Assembly (NCBI GenBank): GCA_964016885.1
Contig: OZ024741.1
Coordinates: forward strand, 88,536,001 to 88,600,000
Direction: 5' to 3'
Source of the DNA: Eledone cirrhosa
Taxonomy: Eukaryota
Length of the DNA stretch: 64,000 nucleotides
Part shown: positions 46,742 through 58,976 of the stretch, piece after piece
Layout: every line of letters begins with the position of its first letter
Position numbering within the stretch: position 1 is the first letter of the stretch
Notes under the pieces: model-generated
Told to the model about the DNA's origin: nothing
The model's input: the letters and a program-made list of their open reading frames with translations, nothing else
Databases searched by the model: none
Made by a program: the position numbers and the translations under genes

Positions 46742-49140
46742 TGACGGTACACACCTTTGGTGGAGTCTGACTCCCACATTGAATGGTTTTGATTTTGCAC
46801 CATTTATGTGAACACAAATACTTGGGCATTCATATAGAGACATCAGGGCAGCAAGAAGCTGACCATCGATCCCATACTCCTGCAAAACCTTCTACAGCAG
46901 GTCTCAAGGAACTTTTTCAAGGTTGACAAAACAAGAATATACCTCTTGGCAATACTCCCACAATTTTTCGAAGACCTACTGCGGTGTGAATATTTGGTCA
47001 GCTTTACTGCGTCCGGGGCGAAAACCACACTGTTCATCAGCTAGCTTGGACTCAACAATCTCCCTGCATCTCTTTGCCAGACACTTAACATAAACTTTAC
47101 CAGAGAAGATCAACTCAAGGAGATCAACTCTGTAATTGAAACAATCTCTCTTGTCTCCCTTTTTTAAAATTGGGATTATCACTCTCGATTGCCATTACTT
47201 AGATGCCTTTCCAGAGATCCAGGTCACCTGGCACACCAGAGTCAGCCAGAGAATACCTTCTCTATTTAAGGCTTTTAACATCTCAGACTGGATTTCATCA
47301 TCCCCAGCGGCCTTGGCACATTTGAGCTTTTTAACTGCTCTTGTGACCTCAGCCTCTGAGAGATTAGTCACCGTTCCCAGATGTATCAGAAGATGCTGTT
47401 GTAATTGGGTTTAGGAGATCAGCAAAGTATTCTTTCCACCTCATATAGATGCACCTTTCTGAAGAGAGGAGAACCCCAGATGCATTCATAATAGAAGGTG
47501 TGGTGGAGAGCTTCTTATTACAAAGTCGGCAGATGGTCTGCCTGAACATTTTATTTGCTGATCTGTAGTCAGATTCCAACTTAACCCCAACGTCCTCCCA
47601 TGTCTTAACTTAGGACACCTTTACTGCCTCAGCTGCGATTCTTTGTGCCTGCTTATAATGCAAGTGCAAGAAGGAGGACTTATTTCCAAGCAAAGCTTTG
47701 TAAGCCACCTTCTTTGCTTGGATGACATCTTTGACCTCTTGATTGAACCAAAGGGTCTCCCTGCCATCAGGGTCCACACCAAGCCTCTTTCCTTTACAGA
47801 ATTTAACAGTTGAAGCAGAAACCGCTGTGCTGAACAATCTTCACTCTGTCTCAATGTCCTCATATTGCTCAAGAAGTTCTCTGAATTTCAATGCAATAGT
47901 ATCTACATACCTGTTCTTGACTTCCTTATCCACCAATGCTTCCCACTTTATCTTGTAAGTCTGGCCTTGCCAGTTTTGTGGCCTTCTTTGACTTTAGGTA
48001 GTCTCAAGTTGCAGATAATTAGATGATGATCAGTTGACAGCTCAGCCCCTCTCTTAACATGGACATCCAAACCAAAATCGAAGAGATCAGAGACAATAAC
48101 AAAATCAATCATTGATCTCTGTCCCTGATTCCCCTTATACCATATATATTTATAGATGTCTCTGCGCTGGAAGAAGGTGTTCATAATAGGGAGTCCATTG
48201 CTAGAGCAGAAGGCTAGTAAGCCCTCTCCATGTCAGGTGGTCAGTGGCAACATGTGCATTGAAGTCTCCCATCAGGATATATGACTCAGTCTTAACTAAA
48301 TTAACGCTGCAGTGACTGTTCATTATTTACATGAACAGCATTGACATGCGCAGCGGGTAGGAAGTGGTATCATAACTGGTGGGTGTAAAATCAGTTGCTG
48401 ACAACATGGTATTACTTAACTCAACAGAAGGTGATCTCTGACTTGCAGTTTTGATGCCAAGTGCTGCATGGCTGGAATGAAAATCAATGCTGCGGAAACT
48501 GAGACACTCGTCCTCTCAAGGAAGCTTGCACAGTGCACTCTGCATGTAAATGGAGTTCTACTGAAGCAGGTAGAGAAGTTCAAGTATCTCAGGGCTGTGT
48601 TCATGAGTGATGGAAGGCAAGAGACTGAATTAAGTACTAGAATTGCAGGAGCTGGTGCAGTAATGCACCAGCTTCAGCATTAGTAATCAGAAGAAGGGAG
48701 GTAGGCATAAACACCAACCTCACTATCTTCAATTCAGTATTCGTGTCAACCCTTAACTAAGGTTAGGAATCTTGGGTAATGACCGAAAAAATATGATTGC
48801 GACTACAAGCGGCCAAAATGAGGTTCCTCTGAAGGTTCTTTGGAGTAAGGTTATTCGATAGAGTGTGTAGCTCGGAGATCAGAGAAGCACTCCATTTAGA
48901 GACACTACTTCTTTGAATTGAGAGATCACAGCTCCGATACTATGGGCATGAGGTTAGAATGTCTCAGGAAAGAATCACTGGACCAATTTTATGGGCAAAA
49001 CCAGCCTGTAGGAGACCCAAGGGTAGACCCCGAGCCAGATGATTGGATAACATCCATGAGCTTGGATGGTTGCTTCTGACAAGACCCACTGGAAGGAGTG
49101 TTTCGGGATTCTTCCCCGACAATCCCATGAAGAAGAAGAA
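46742..49140 (+). mobile_element. RTE-clade (Expander/REX3-like) LINE with inverted 5' part
   Basis: 46742-~48295 minus strand: APE end (RSMIDFVIVS, ELSTDHHL), linker and RT up to VGVRLHQRCV; ~48310-49140 plus strand resumes LFIIYM, GMKIN, EKFKYL, RYYGH, GRP; (GAA)n tail. Confidence 0.85.
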
Positions 49141-49554
49141 TCCTTTTATGTTCTCTTTAAGAGTGTGTTTTGTTTTTATTAGAAACTGCTCAATTATTTT
49201 TATATAATGTCAATGGCTTTTCACGACATTGAGAGATTCTGTATACTGAATCAATAGAAATATGTTATGTAAAAAAAACTATATAAAAAGTATCTCCTGG
49301 GAATGTTGTAATTTAAGAAACAAACAAATGGATTCAAATATGAAAACCAAACAAGATAACAAAATACACGTTTACAAATTCAAATAAAAAAGAAAACTTT
49401 TTTCGCTCTACATGGCTGAATACAATAAATGTAATCTGAGTTTTTCGAATATTAATAACATTTGATTCGTTTGCAATTATGCAAACATGTCTCAATTTTA
49501 TAGCCAGTCTGTTAATATGCAAATCAGGCCGATCAGTCACTGTTTATTTTTGAA

Positions 49555-50876
49555 TGAAATTTATATTTGAATGAAAGGTCTTTTAGCTTCCAGACCTTTC
49601 TTTTCCACACCTTCCTGTATGTCTCATTCTTTCTCTTGCTTAGTGAGATGTGACTAACGACTAACCTATGCTGTTGGGTACATTCTTCCCCAGGGTAAGC
49701 CTTGGGCACCATCCGTCTGTCTCGCTGTCTAACTAGCAGGAAGTCAATCTGGCTTATGTGATCGCCTGATTTGTAGGTTATTAGGTGGTTGGTAGGCTTC
49801 TGGAAGTTAGTGTTGCAAATGGTTAGTGCAATTGCATCATAAAATTCAAGTAGCCTCACTCCTTCTTCATTTCTTGATCCGTAACTGTGCCCACCATGTG
49901 CCACAGTGTATCCATCTTGGAGCTGTCCAACATGTCCATTGAAGTTCCCTGCTAGAAATAACAATGTCTCTGTCTTCTGTTATTGAAGCTGTCTGTAAAA
50001 GTTGCTCGTAAAAGCCGTCTTTCTCTTCTTAACCTAGGCCTGCCTGGGGAGCATAGGCAGCGATGATTGTCAGTAGCTTTTGCCTACAACTAACCTAAGC
50101 TTAATTATTCTATTACTAACTCTAACTACCTCTATTGTCTTATTGATCCATCTCTCAGCCAGTAATATGCCCACCCCACCTAACCCATCATCATTACCCA
50201 CTCAGAAAAGCTTATAACTACGATGTTTGCCTGCGATTAGTCTTGCAGAGGCACCTCTCCATCGCACCTCTTGCACACAGCACACATCCATATGCTTTCT
50301 CTCCAGCATCTCTGCAATCTCACCAGATCTACCTGTTAGAGTGCCAACATTTCGTGTGGCAACTCTGAGATGTGACATCCCATTCTTTTCCTGTTGTGCG
50401 ATTGCTTGATGACGGTCATGGGGTTCTCACACATGGCCACACTGCCACCCCACTACCGTGCGCAGCCTTAACATGGTTAGTGTTATTGCTGTTTACGCAG
50501 TTGATTTTGTGTAATTGCTTGATGATGGTCAGGGGGTTCTCGCACATGGCCGCACCAGCCACCCAACTACCGTGCGCAACAATAACATGGTTAGTGTTAT
50601 TGCTGTTGACGCAGTTGTTGTAATTCTTATTTGTTGTGCTCATAATTTTGGCTTTTATTATATTGGTTGGATGCCCTTCCTAACACCAACACCACTTTAC
50701 ATCATGGACTGGGTGCTTTTATTCGTGCCACCAGCACTAGAGAGGTTGTCTTACTGGACTCAGGGTCTTCTTTACCCTTCCATTTTACAGCATGGACTAG
50801 GGGCTTTTATTCGTGCCACCAGCGCTAGAGAGGTCGTCTTACTGCACTCAGGGGCCCTATCTACCCCTCCATGTTA
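49555..50876 (-). mobile_element. 5' part (UTR + APE) of an RTE subfamily 2-like LINE, 3'-truncated
   Basis: MSHLRVATRNVGTL and ORF 49533-49964 similar to 11507 onward; 5' region has tandem duplications of ~115 bp (50395-50625) and ~87 bp (50704-50880). Confidence 0.88.
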
Positions 50877-51084
50877 CAGCCATGTAGAACGAAAAAAGTT
50901 TTCTTTTTTATTATATATATATATATAAATGAAGTAATTCCGTCGGAAAGGTCCAGGAAAAAAGAGTGCTCTATGTAGGTTACAGAGCTTATTAGGATTT
51001 TTTCATTCTGACGACTGAAAGCAGATTTATTTGCTTTCAAGAAACCACTGGTAAATGAAATAATTATCTTATGTTGTTTATTAC

Positions 51085-51119
<35 letters not shown>

Positions 51120-51254
51120 CATAAGTTGAGCACTTACAACAACTATATATATATTTTTTTTCAACCGACTTTCGTCAAATCGGACTGAGGAAACAATGTT
51201 TCCGTTGGTCTTTCCAATTGCTAATACTATCTATCGGTCGCAACTCCAGGTAGA

Positions 51255-51375
51255 AGGAACAACATGAAATAAAGTGTCTTGCTCAAGGACATAATACATC
51301 GCCCTGTCCAGGAATCGAACTGACAACCTCACGATTGCGAATCCAGTTCTCTAATCAATCAGTCACATGCCTTCA
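51255..51375 (-). mobile_element. Family B SINE head fragment
   Basis: gaaataaagtgtcttgctcaagga...ggaatcgaac. Confidence 0.68.
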
Positions 51376-51379
51376 CTAC

Positions 51380-51417
<38 letters not shown>

Positions 51418-51423
<6 letters not shown>

Positions 51424-51669
51424 AAACGAAAAATCAGTGATGCATCTGAACTCAATTTATTGTGTGTTACAATTGTTTTGCCGGCAGACAGCTCGAGACA
51501 CGATCATTGTGTGGATCTGTCTGATTCCGGATCTGCAAGTTTGTCGGACACTTCTAATAACTTTGGATCAAATTTTCTCACTGGGGTGTCTCGAGCTGTC
51601 TGCCAGCGAAACAATTGTAACACACAATAAATTAAGTTCAGATGCATCACTGATTTTTCGTTTTATATT
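51418..51669. mobile_element. MITE with ~85-bp TIRs next to a (TA)n tract
   Basis: aatataaaacgaaaaatcagtgatgcatctgaact...gacagctcgagacac mirrored with few mismatches. Confidence 0.85.
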
Positions 51670-51746
51670 ATATCACACTCTGCTCTGTAAGAACATAGAG
51701 TGCTCAACCGGTATACCTCCTATGGAAGCATCATAGCTACCATCAG

Positions 51747-51777
<31 letters not shown>

Positions 51778-51794
51778 GAACATAGATTTTACAT

Positions 51795-52872
51795 AACTAA
51801 GAACATAGATTTTACATGTGGCCGGTGTTCTGGGGAAATAAGTAGCAGCAAGTGCCCACAGAATACTAGCTCTTTCAACTGCGCAGAGGGTTCTATAGAA
51901 ATAGTGGACAGCTTCCGTTACCTGGGTGACAAAATCAGCAGTGGGGGAGGGTGCTCTGAAAGTACAGTAGCTAGAGTCAGAACTGGGTGGAAAAAGTTCA
52001 GAGAGCTCATACTACTATTAGCCGCTAAAGGGTTCTCCCTAAAAATGAAAGGCAGGTTGTACGATGCCTGCATACGAACAGCAATGTTGCACGGCAGTGA
52101 GACCTGGGCATTGTGTGCAGAGGATATACGCAGACTAGAGAGAAACGAAGCTTGCATGCTCCGCTGGATGTGTAATAGTAATATACGTGAACGGCAAAGC
52201 ATAAACGAACTAAGGAAAAAATTAGAAATAAGAGGGATCAGATGTTGTTTACTCGAGAGAAGGCTACGTTGGTATGGTCACGTGATGCGCATGAAGGACG
52301 ATAGCTGTATAACAAAGTGCAGGGCAATAAAGATAGACGGTAGCCACGGAATAGGCAGACCCAGAAAAACCTGGGACGAGCTGATAAATTCCGACCTCAC
52401 ACACTTACACCTCACCAAGACAATGTCACTGGACCGAGACCTTTGGCGGTACTCAGTAATAGAGAAGACCCGCCTTACCTAAATACAAAGTAAAACCTAC
52501 TACAGTCAGTAGGCATCTCTAACAAAATACACCCACGTCCCACCACCCCCACCCCATCCACACCGCCCCTTTCAATGTAAAGTTATGTTGGTGCCACAAC
52601 ATCCAGGCCGAAACAAATGAGATCGTGTAGGTGTCACGTCAAAAAAACACAGTTCACGCTGTAATGTGGCTGTGTAGGCAACACGGTAAAAACCTCCCAG
52701 CCCCACACTGTAAATGTGATTGGTGTTAGGAAGGGCATCCAGCTGTAGAAAACCCGCCAGATAGTCCTATGCGAGCAAGATAACCACTCTTGCCTCAAGT
52801 GGGAAAACCCTCCGTCCAAACCCATGCAAGCATGGAACACGGACGTTAAACGATGATGATGATGATGATGAT
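51795..52872 (+). mobile_element. 5'-truncated RTE LINE, subfamily 3
   Basis: ORF 51700-52482 is near-identical to the C-terminal half of 8789-10108; 3' UTR and (ATG)n tail. Confidence 0.95.
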
Positions 52873-52896
52873 ACATACACACACACATATATATAT

Positions 52897-53355
52897 CATC
52901 ATCATCATCATCATCACCATTTTACATCCATTCTTCCACTGTAGCATGGGTTTGACAGGTTGTCCTGACGTGGGCAATGCCAGGTCAGGTGACCATGTCT
53001 TGCTCATATGGAACTGATTTTGGCTTCATTTCTACAGCTGGATGCTCTTCCTAACACCAACTTCATTTACAGTGAGTACTGGGTGCTTTTCTACCTTGAC
53101 ACCTACACCTCCACTTTACAGTGGGAGAGGGTGATGTCATACTGTTCATATACTTCAGCTTCAGCTTGTACCCATGGGAAGTCAAGTCTTCTGTATTAAT
53201 GTGTAACGCCAGAGGTCTCGGTCCTGTTTCATCGCCTTTGAGAGGTGCAATTGGGCAAGGTCAACTTTTATCACCTCATCCCAGGTCTTCTTGGGTCTCC
53301 CCACTCCAAGGCTTCCATCAACTTTTAGTGCACTGTACCTTTTTATGCAGCTGTT
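52897..53355 (-). mobile_element. RTE subfamily 1-like 3' fragment, tail-to-tail with the previous copy
   Basis: GRPKKTWDEVIK peptide, 3' UTR and (CAT)n. Confidence 0.85.
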
Positions 53356-53373
53356 GTGTGTGTGTGTGTGTGT

Positions 53374-53876
53374 TAGTCTCATCTCATCAGTTAACCGCTA
53401 AAGATATGTTGTTTCAAGTCTTAAAGGTCAATACAACTGGCTTTAGTGCACAAGGGACAGTAACAAATGGACAAAGGACAGGCTGATTAGTCTTAACGAC
53501 TATTTACAAATAATTGTTTTTACTTTTTGCACAAGGCCCGCAATTATCCAAGTATATTACTGGTGCTTTATTTTATCGACTGCATAAGGATGAAAGCAAA
53601 GTTAACCTCGGCGGATATTGAACTCAGACCATAAAGGGCCGTAACTTTATGCGGCAAAGCATGGCATCTGACCCTCTACTGATACTGCCAATTCACAAAT
53701 GGGTAAAGGACAAGATGATAGTCTTAACGATGATTTACAATTGTCAATAGTTGTTAAGACTATCATCTTGCCTTTTATCCATTTGTTTACTGTCCTTAGT
53801 GCAGTAAAGCCAGTTGTATTGACCTTTAAGTATCAAAATAATCTATTTCTAGCGATCAGCTGATGAGATTGGACTA
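53374..53876. mobile_element. Hairpin (fold-back) MITE interrupted by a family A SINE (53509-53693, minus strand)
   Basis: ~130-bp arms tagtc..tctcatcag...gtcttaac mirrored at 53745-53876. Confidence 0.75.
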
Positions 53877-53962
53877 CTGTCTGTATTCATTCGTTTTCCT
53901 GTCTTCGTCCATATTTTTTAGTCATGTAGGACTATCTGTTTTCAAATATGTATATATATACA

Positions 53963-54952
53963 TAAGTATGTATACGTACATACATATATGTATACAGACG
54001 TACAGTAGTATGTATATACATACATACATGCACACATATATATATGTACATATGGGTTTACCAAACATTTATTATAATGCTTGGTTTGTTTGTAAACAAA
54101 CAGCCCAAATTATTAGCCGTACAGTGTTTGGCAACCATCGTTGCCCTTTTGTTCAACACTGACAAAGGAACGATGAACTAGTTTCTGGCTTATTAGCTGT
54201 CATCAGCATCGTATACCTTCCTGTCAGTTGATTGAACGTTTGAAAGTATATACTTTCCTTATGCATATTAACGGCTGAGCAGCCTAATTTGCATATTGAT
54301 TGAGTTAGTTGGCCGGGCGTACCAAAAACGATAAATGGAAAATATGAAAGAAATTTCATTTCTCACTCTTAGTACAGCTGTTACTTAAATGTAAGTATAT
54401 ATACATACATACATATATGTATACAGGCGTACAGTAGTATGTATATACATACATACATGCACACATGTTCGGTAAACCCATATGTACATATATATATGTG
54501 TGCATGTATGTATGTTTTTCCATTTATCGTTTTTGGTACGCCCGGCCGACTAACTCACTCGATATGCAAATTAGGCTGTTCAGCCGTTAATATGCATAAG
54601 GAAAGTATATACTTTCAAACGTTCAATCAACTGACAGGAAGGTATATGGTGCTGATGACAGCTAATAAGCTAGAAACTAGTTCATCGTTCCTTTGTCAGT
54701 GTTGAACAAAAGGGCAACGATGGTTGCCGAACACTGTATGGCTAATAATTTGGGCTGTTTGTTTACAAACAAACCGAGCATTATAATAAATGTTCAGTAA
54801 ACCCATACGTACATATATATATGTGTGCATGTATGTATGTATATACATACTACTGTACGTCTGTATACATATAGGTATGTATGTATACATACTTATATTT
54901 AAGTATCAGCCGTACTAAGAGTGAGAAATGAAATTTCATTTTTTCCATTTAT
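53963..54952. repeat. Fold-back structure: ~430-bp unit, about 1.2 copies forward then about 1 copy inverted
   Basis: 53963-54342 is the reverse complement of 54515-54895; mirrored ORF pairs appear in the six-frame track. Confidence 0.92.
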
Positions 54953-55354
54953 ATATACATATATACATATAAACATACATACATATACAGAAGCTTGTGA
55001 AATAACAAGCTGAAACTGCAAGGTTTGCAGTTTGACCTTTACCTCATCAACATACCCACTCTGTATCTCATCATTCATCAAGTACTGATTTGTAATCTTG
55101 CTAGTGCTCACCAAGGCCATATTTCATTTTATATTCATTTAAATCAAGTACTATAACTTTCTTCCATATTTTCTGTAATCATTATCAAACATATATTCCT
55201 TTTTCTAGTCATTATCAAACTTATATCCTTTAAATTACTATGACTTTGTTCTGCCTATGTATCTCTCTACGTTTGGACTGCTATTAGGATTCATGCTTTG
55301 GTGTTTTGGTTATTGCTGTTTTTGTGTCCAAAGATAGATACATTGGTAAATATA

Positions 55355-55590
55355 CATACATAGATAGCTATAGAGAGTCAGAGTGATATGTCGATAGGTA
55401 GAGAGATAGGTAGTTATGTAGGTAGGTAGATAGGTAGACAGATAGGTAAATATACAGATAGATAGGTAACTGGCGAGGTAGGTAGGCAGATAGATAGAAA
55501 GATAGAGAGATAGACATAAATAGATATATAGATAAATAACTAGACTGATAGCTAGATAAACAGGCAGATGAATAAACAGTTAGGTAGATT
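55355..55590. repeat. Degenerate (GATA/GGTA)n simple repeat
   Basis: Direct inspection. Confidence 0.75.
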
Positions 55591-56279
55591 GATGTTATTT
55601 TTATTGTTCAAACTCCCATATATATGAATGTCTGTTGCTCTCGCTCTCTTTCCTTCTTGCTATTTCTCTCTACATGATTTCATGCTACCCATAATCTTTT
55701 CAAGTTTCTGAAAATCTAAATGCACTCTTTCTGCAGTCTTTTTAATGAGTTCTCCACAACTGCTTTGTTATGTGGATACAGTAGTTTTGGTGCTAGTGGT
55801 GGTGGCAGCATTGGTTATGATACTGGTTGTGGTGAATTTGTGTACTGCAAATCATGTTGTAGTCAAGCGAATTTCTTAAGCACACAGCCATATTCTTTTA
55901 TACTTTTATTTGTTTGTTATTAGACTGCAGTCATTCTAGAACACCATTTTGAAGAGATTCAATTCAAACCCAGTACTTACATTTTCTTATCTAGTGCTTA
56001 TTTTATTGATTTCTTTTTGTTGAACTGCTTAGTTATAGGGCACAAACAAATGGTAAATATAAACATACACATAGACATACACACGCACCAGGCTTCTACA
56101 TTGTTTTTGTCTTACAAATTTTACTGAAAAAGCATTGGTCTAACCAATGTTATAGTCACAGGCACCACACAGTGGGACTGAACCCAAAACTCTGTGGTTG
56201 CAAAGTGAACACCTTAACCACATATACATCCCGTCCAAATGGACGTTTGTTCATTTTTAGTGTCAATACAATCTATATA

Positions 56280-58251
56280 ATGAATAAGTGTTTGCCTTCT
56301 GAGACCCCCAAGGTTATCTTCAAGATAGATCTCAGGAATGCTTTCAGTTCCATCAGTCGGGATGTTATCCTCTGTTCAGTAAAGGAGAGTGCCACTCAGC
56401 TTTACTCTTTGCTTGGCAAGCCTATCGGGAGCCCTTGTACCTCTGCTTTGGTGACCATTTCATCCTATCTGCATCAGGATTCCAGCAGAGTGACCCATTC
56501 AAACCTGCTATTTTCGCACTGGGTATTGATGACATTACCAAGATGGGAGCTGACCTGGATTTGAATGTCTGGTATCTGAATGATGCTTGTTTGGGGTTGG
56601 GGTGGGGTCCTCCAAATAAGGTTCTTGCAACCACAAAGACAATAATTGAGGAACTGGGTTATAGGGGCCTTTGTGTCAATAGTTCCAAATGCAAGCTCTG
56701 GCCACTCAACTACTCAGCTTCACATCAGCAGACTGTAAACCTGTTTATAGAGACCTTCTCCTCTATCATGGTTCCTCCTTCATCAGTGTGGAGCTCCAAT
56801 TACTGACCAAGCCTGCCATCTTTTGAACTAAGTTGGGTAACCTCGAGCAATTTTAAAAAGACCTCAAGGCCATAGAGCCTCATCAAGGTTTTTTTATACT
56901 TAGGAATTACTTGTGGATTCCTAAGTTGTATTTTTTCAGAGTTTGTCTCTCTTACAGATTCTTGTCGTCCCTCCAATGCTTTGACAACTTAATCTTCAGT
57001 GAGCTTGAGGGCCTGATCAATGTCCGATTCTCTAGAGTCTCACGACCTAGCTGTCTTGCCCAAATGGTTTGGAGGTCTCGGTCTGCGTAAATGCTTGTCT
57101 TTGTCTCTACCTTGCTTCCTTTCCTCCACCCACGCTTGCTTCCATTTGGTGAGTGACATCCTCTCCTTTCCAACATGGACTAGTTTCACCAGGGAGATGG
57201 ATGAAGCTTTACTACAGTGGAAAGAGCTGGGTTTGTCAGTTCCTGCTTAATGACGAGGATAGATGGAAGCAGGGAGTATGGGACAATCTACGTTCAAGTG
57301 AAACTTTTAACTCTCCCTTTGATCATTCTGATCAATTTTCTAGGCACTGCTTACTTTCTGCAAGAGCAAAGTTCTCGGGAGACATGATTGATAATCTGCT
57401 TGTGGCCAACATTGGTGCTCTTCTCAGTCTGGACGAGCTCTACATCTTCATTGCACTCCGAGTGGGAGGTGATGTCTGTGGGGGTCTGAGATGTGACTAT
57501 GGTAAGTCCCTTGACGCCACAGACCTCCATGGTTTAGCCTGCCGCCTGGATGCTGGTCGCTTCGGCCGTCACACCAAGCTAAATCTGATCATCGAGTAGG
57601 CCCTAGCTCGGGTAAGTATTCCCCCCCCCCCCCAGTTCTGGAGCTGGCCGGATTATCCAGAATTGATGGGTAGGGACCAGGCGGTCCAATCCTTTGTCCT
57701 TGAGTAAGAGACAGCTGTCTCATCTGACACACCGCAGTCAGTGATTCTTTTGCTCCTACCCACATCATGGATGTCACGGTAAATGTGAGGGTCACTGCTT
57801 TGCCGAATAGAATAAAATCCGAAAAACAGGGATTTATCAAACTATTATTTTTTTCCAGCCTGTGGCATTCGCGACGTTTTGTCGAGTTGGGTCGCTGACA
57901 ACGAAGCTCTTGTTACTGTTGGCGGCTCGCCTTACCGAGATGTCTGGTGATGCCCGTGAGGATGCCTGTTTGTTTCAGCACCTTTGCCTCACCATCATCC
58001 GCAGTATTGCTGCGAAAGTTTGGCTTGCCTCAACAATTTCCGTTGACACTCGTGATGTACGGCCAATACTGCACTTGGTGGTGAATTGATGGTCGTTTTT
58101 TTTTTTTGTTTCTTCTTTCTCTCGCTTTGATCATATATTTTGGTGCGTTATATTTCCTAGCAATAATTGTATTTATTATATGTATTTATATTTTCATTCT
58201 GAAAGAATTGATAACAATTTGTAATGTTATTTATACAAATGTGAATAAAAA
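56280..58251 (+). mobile_element. CRE-clade-like non-LTR retrotransposon (RT + zinc knuckle + restriction-like endonuclease), degenerate
   Basis: KIDLRNAFSSISR, SGFQQSDPF.P..FALGI, NVWYLND, LP..FGGLGLR, LHGLACR..AGRFGRH..LN, LFQHL.L.IIR; 3' aataaaaa. Confidence 0.82.
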
Positions 58252-58859
58252 GATATATAGTTCTAAACCGAGGTTAAACAAAATCTAGGACCAGGAAATT
58301 AAAGCGACTTTACTTCGCTCCGACAAATTTTTGGCTATCTGATTGTTTAGGGTTTGAATTATCTCCCTTGACTTAGTGCGTGTGCTTCTCAAAACACACT
58401 GCACGTGTTGTTTCTTCAACTATTTCATTCTTTCACTCTTTTAAGTTCTTAATTTCCTCATAACTTGGAAAGGTAGTAATTTTTTGCTCATTATTTTGGA
58501 TTTTATAAATATTTATTCATAATTATTTTTTTAATTGTGGTCTACTTGCAAAAGTTTATTGAAGTCGACAGCTGTTGCTAACCGATTATTTTAATTATAT
58601 TATATCATTCTAAGAAACGCATGAATGTCACAACCTCCCATAAAGAAATAGGCTTTGTGTCTATCTAAAACAAAGACAAAAAAAATCAGTTGTGTATAAA
58701 AGTTGGAAAACGGAGGACAAAATTATATCTACATATCACACTTACATATCCTTTCTACATGTACATTTATCTACACATGCACATTCGTTTTAAGGAAAGG
58801 CTTATAGGCAATTATACATAATTTTCAACTTGCGTGTACAAAAAGGCTATTTTTAAGGA

Positions 58860-58976
58860 ATTTTTTGCTTGGAAGTATTTTTCATTGAACTGTGGATTTT
58901 ACCATTTCTTCGGATTACTTAACTTCCAGGAACACATACGAACGGATTTTACCATTTGCAATCACAGTTCCAACAG
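58860..58976 (+). other. Candidate non-coding first exon of a plus-strand gene
   Basis: Strong donor caacag|gtaagc at 58976/58977 in unique sequence, preceded by an AT-rich ctatttttaag element; repeated ggattttaccattt. Confidence 0.3.

Noticed and set aside
51165-51215. ctgagga...tttcc as another hammerhead
   Set aside because: No GAAA in the required position after stem II on either strand.
51689-51815. Repeated agaacataga at a LINE 5' junction
   Set aside because: Best explained as ordinary microhomology or slippage at a 5' truncation.
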